Shown: positions 6,990 through 8,178 of the stretch, in pieces | How the letters are laid out: each line of letters starts with the position of its first letter | How positions within the stretch are numbered: the first letter of the stretch is position 1 | Source of the DNA: a virus | Lineage: Duplodnaviria; Heunggongvirae; Uroviricota; Caudoviricetes | DNA length: 8,178 nt | Virus record (IMG/VR): IMGVR_UViG_2778261085_000010 | Reading direction: 5' to 3' (one strand) | Notes under the pieces: model-generated | Databases searched by the model: none | What the model was told of the DNA's origin: nothing | Seen by the model: the letters and a program-made list of their open reading frames with translations, nothing else | Program-made: the position numbers and the translations under genes

Positions 6990-7514
6990 ATGACATCGAA
7001 ACAGATAGCGGAAGCCACCGGAAAGAAAAACATGGCTTCGCACTGGTTTGGTACCAGCCAGTGGCAGTTACCGAATGAGGCCGATTACAGTAAACTGCAG
7101 GTGCTGTTTGCACGTGTGGCGGCAGAAAAACATCAGCGCGGTGAACTGGAGCAGCCACACCATCAGCTGGTCAGCACATACAGCGAACTGAACCGGCAAT
7201 ATGTCAGCCTGCTGGAGGAATACAAATCACTGCGGCGTTATTTTTCCGTATCAGCTGCCGTTCCTTATACGGATGTCTGGACGCACAAGCCTGTGCAGTA
7301 TTATCCGGGTAAGCATCCCTGTGAAAAAACGGCGGATATGTTGCGTCAGATAATTACTGCCAGCAGCCGTCCTGGCGATTTGGTCGCAGATTTTTTTATG
7401 GGGTCGGGGTCGACAATAAAAGCGGCACTGTCGCTGGGACGCATGGCGATTGGCGTGGAACTGGAAGAGGAGCGTTTTAATCAGACGGTCAGAGAAATAA
7501 CGAAAGATTTTTAA
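6990..7514 (+). CDS. DNA methyltransferase C-terminal fragment (beta-class N6A/N4C type, AdoMet-binding half) fused to an unrelated HTH/coiled-coil N-terminus; probably truncated and inactive
   Basis: C-terminal ~85 aa (DVWTHKPVQYYPGKHPCEKTADMLRQIITASSRPGDLVADFFMGSGSTIKAALSLGRMAIGVE) matches the HPxxKP...FxGSGT motif-I region of beta-class methyltransferases such as YhdJ/CcrM. No DPPY catalytic motif is present anywhere in the frame, which is open only back to 6846. The listed start at 6948 is a TTG; ATG 6990 (MTSKQIAEATGKK...) is more plausible. Confidence 0.55.
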   Translation: MTSKQIAEATGKKNMASHWFGTSQWQLPNEADYSKLQVLFARVAAEKHQRGELEQPHHQLVSTYSELNRQYVSLLEEYKSLRRYFSVSAAVPYTDVWTHKPVQYYPGKHPCEKTADMLRQIITASSRPGDLVADFFMGSGSTIKAALSLGRMAIGVELEEERFNQTVREITKDF

Positions 7515-7588
7515 TTCAGTGATGGTATTGGTTGTATGTTTTGATGCAGATGCATACATATTCTTAAAAAATGATACAAAATGTATTT

Positions 7589-7616
7589 TTGACATCTGAA
7601 AAACTGTCGTTAGTAT
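7589..7616 (+). promoter_or_regulatory. Candidate sigma70 promoter
   Basis: TTGACA (7589-7594), 16-bp spacer, TAGTAT (7611-7616), with an A/T-rich upstream region. Consensus-matching only. Confidence 0.3.
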
Positions 7617-8064
7617 TCTTCCAGGTATGCAGGGTTTTATCTTTTATGTTAGCTGGTGGTTGCTGGTAACCTGAAATGGTTATGCTTGCTTACATAGTAA
7701 TCCGCGTAATTACGTAATGCAGCATGCCATACAGGTATCGTATAATGGCGATTACATAAGCCTACCAGGTTGATGATGCAGGTTAGATTCCTGCTACCTG
7801 CTACCTGCCCATGGTTGTTTATGCCAAGACTATGTCAGGCACTGACATTATATTATGTGGGGTGTTTTTTATGGTTACTTGCGCACCCTGTTCTGTAATG
7901 AGTGATATTCGTTGCGGTTCCAGTGCCATTTTTTTTACAACATCGGAATGGTGCATTATTAGCAAATATTTTTTCTGCTTCAGGCATTATTCCGATGTTG
8001 TAAACATCGACAAAACAAAACCCAGATTAGTCACATACTAAGTCAAGCCCGGACATCATTCCTT

Positions 8065-8089
8065 AACCGCCGCCCAGGCGGTTTTTTTT
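8065..8089 (+). terminator. Rho-independent terminator (+ strand)
   Basis: AACCGCC-gccca-GGCGGTT stem followed by eight T residues. Confidence 0.65.
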
Positions 8090-8104
8090 ATTGTGCACAG
8101 AAAA

Positions 8105-8123
8105 CCCCCAGCTAGGCTGGGGG
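8105..8123 (-). terminator. Candidate terminator for a minus-strand gene entering from beyond the window end
   Basis: CCCCCAGC-tag-GCTGGGGG 8-bp stem; on the minus strand it is followed by TTTTCTGTG (short U-tract). Confidence 0.4.
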
Positions 8124-8178
8124 TTCCGGAAAGCTTTCAGCTTTGAGCCAGTTATTAAAACCCCTTTTGATTTGTTAA

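Noticed and set aside
6811-7595. Minus-strand ORFs 6811..7158 and 7251..7595
   Set aside because: Antisense to the methyltransferase-fragment gene; Pro/His/Arg-rich shadow ORFs.
7731-7804. Possible tRNA gene
   Set aside because: A T-arm-like hairpin and partial acceptor pairing exist, but no anticodon stem or proper D-arm can be folded; at most a remnant.
7811-8041. 76-aa plus-strand ORF
   Set aside because: No RBS at its ATG and a low-complexity Cys/Phe-rich product; retained only as part of the unexplained promoter-terminator unit.
1-8178. CRISPR arrays, IS elements or transposase genes
   Set aside because: No regularly spaced direct repeats, no terminal inverted repeats and no transposase-like ORFs were seen.

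Overview
This window reads as the early-right to late-junction segment of a Qin-like lambdoid prophage (Escherichia/Shigella-type). The + strand carries a tightly packed array: the 3' end of a replication-module gene, a small Ren-like ORF, the type I toxin gene hokD with structured leader and 3' hairpin/terminator, a rem-like ORF, a DUF968 (YdfU-like) gene, a RusA-family resolvase and a Q antiterminator, the last four translationally coupled. Two cargo insertions interrupt this backbone. One is an AT-rich, minus-strand gene (1046..1855) for a 269-aa protein with an N-terminal HNH nuclease motif and an unrecognised ~190-aa C-terminal domain, sitting in the nin-region position next to hokD; this is my best candidate for an undescribed function (defence/exclusion nuclease or free-standing homing endonuclease). 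The other lies downstream of Q, where late lysis genes are expected: a GT2 glycosyltransferase, ~580 bp of AT-rich apparently decayed sequence, and a truncated or chimeric beta-class DNA methyltransferase that lacks the catalytic DPPY half. The window ends with a promoter-to-terminator unit with no convincing ORF and a pair of convergent terminators. All identifications are from reading the sequence and recalled family knowledge; no searches were run.
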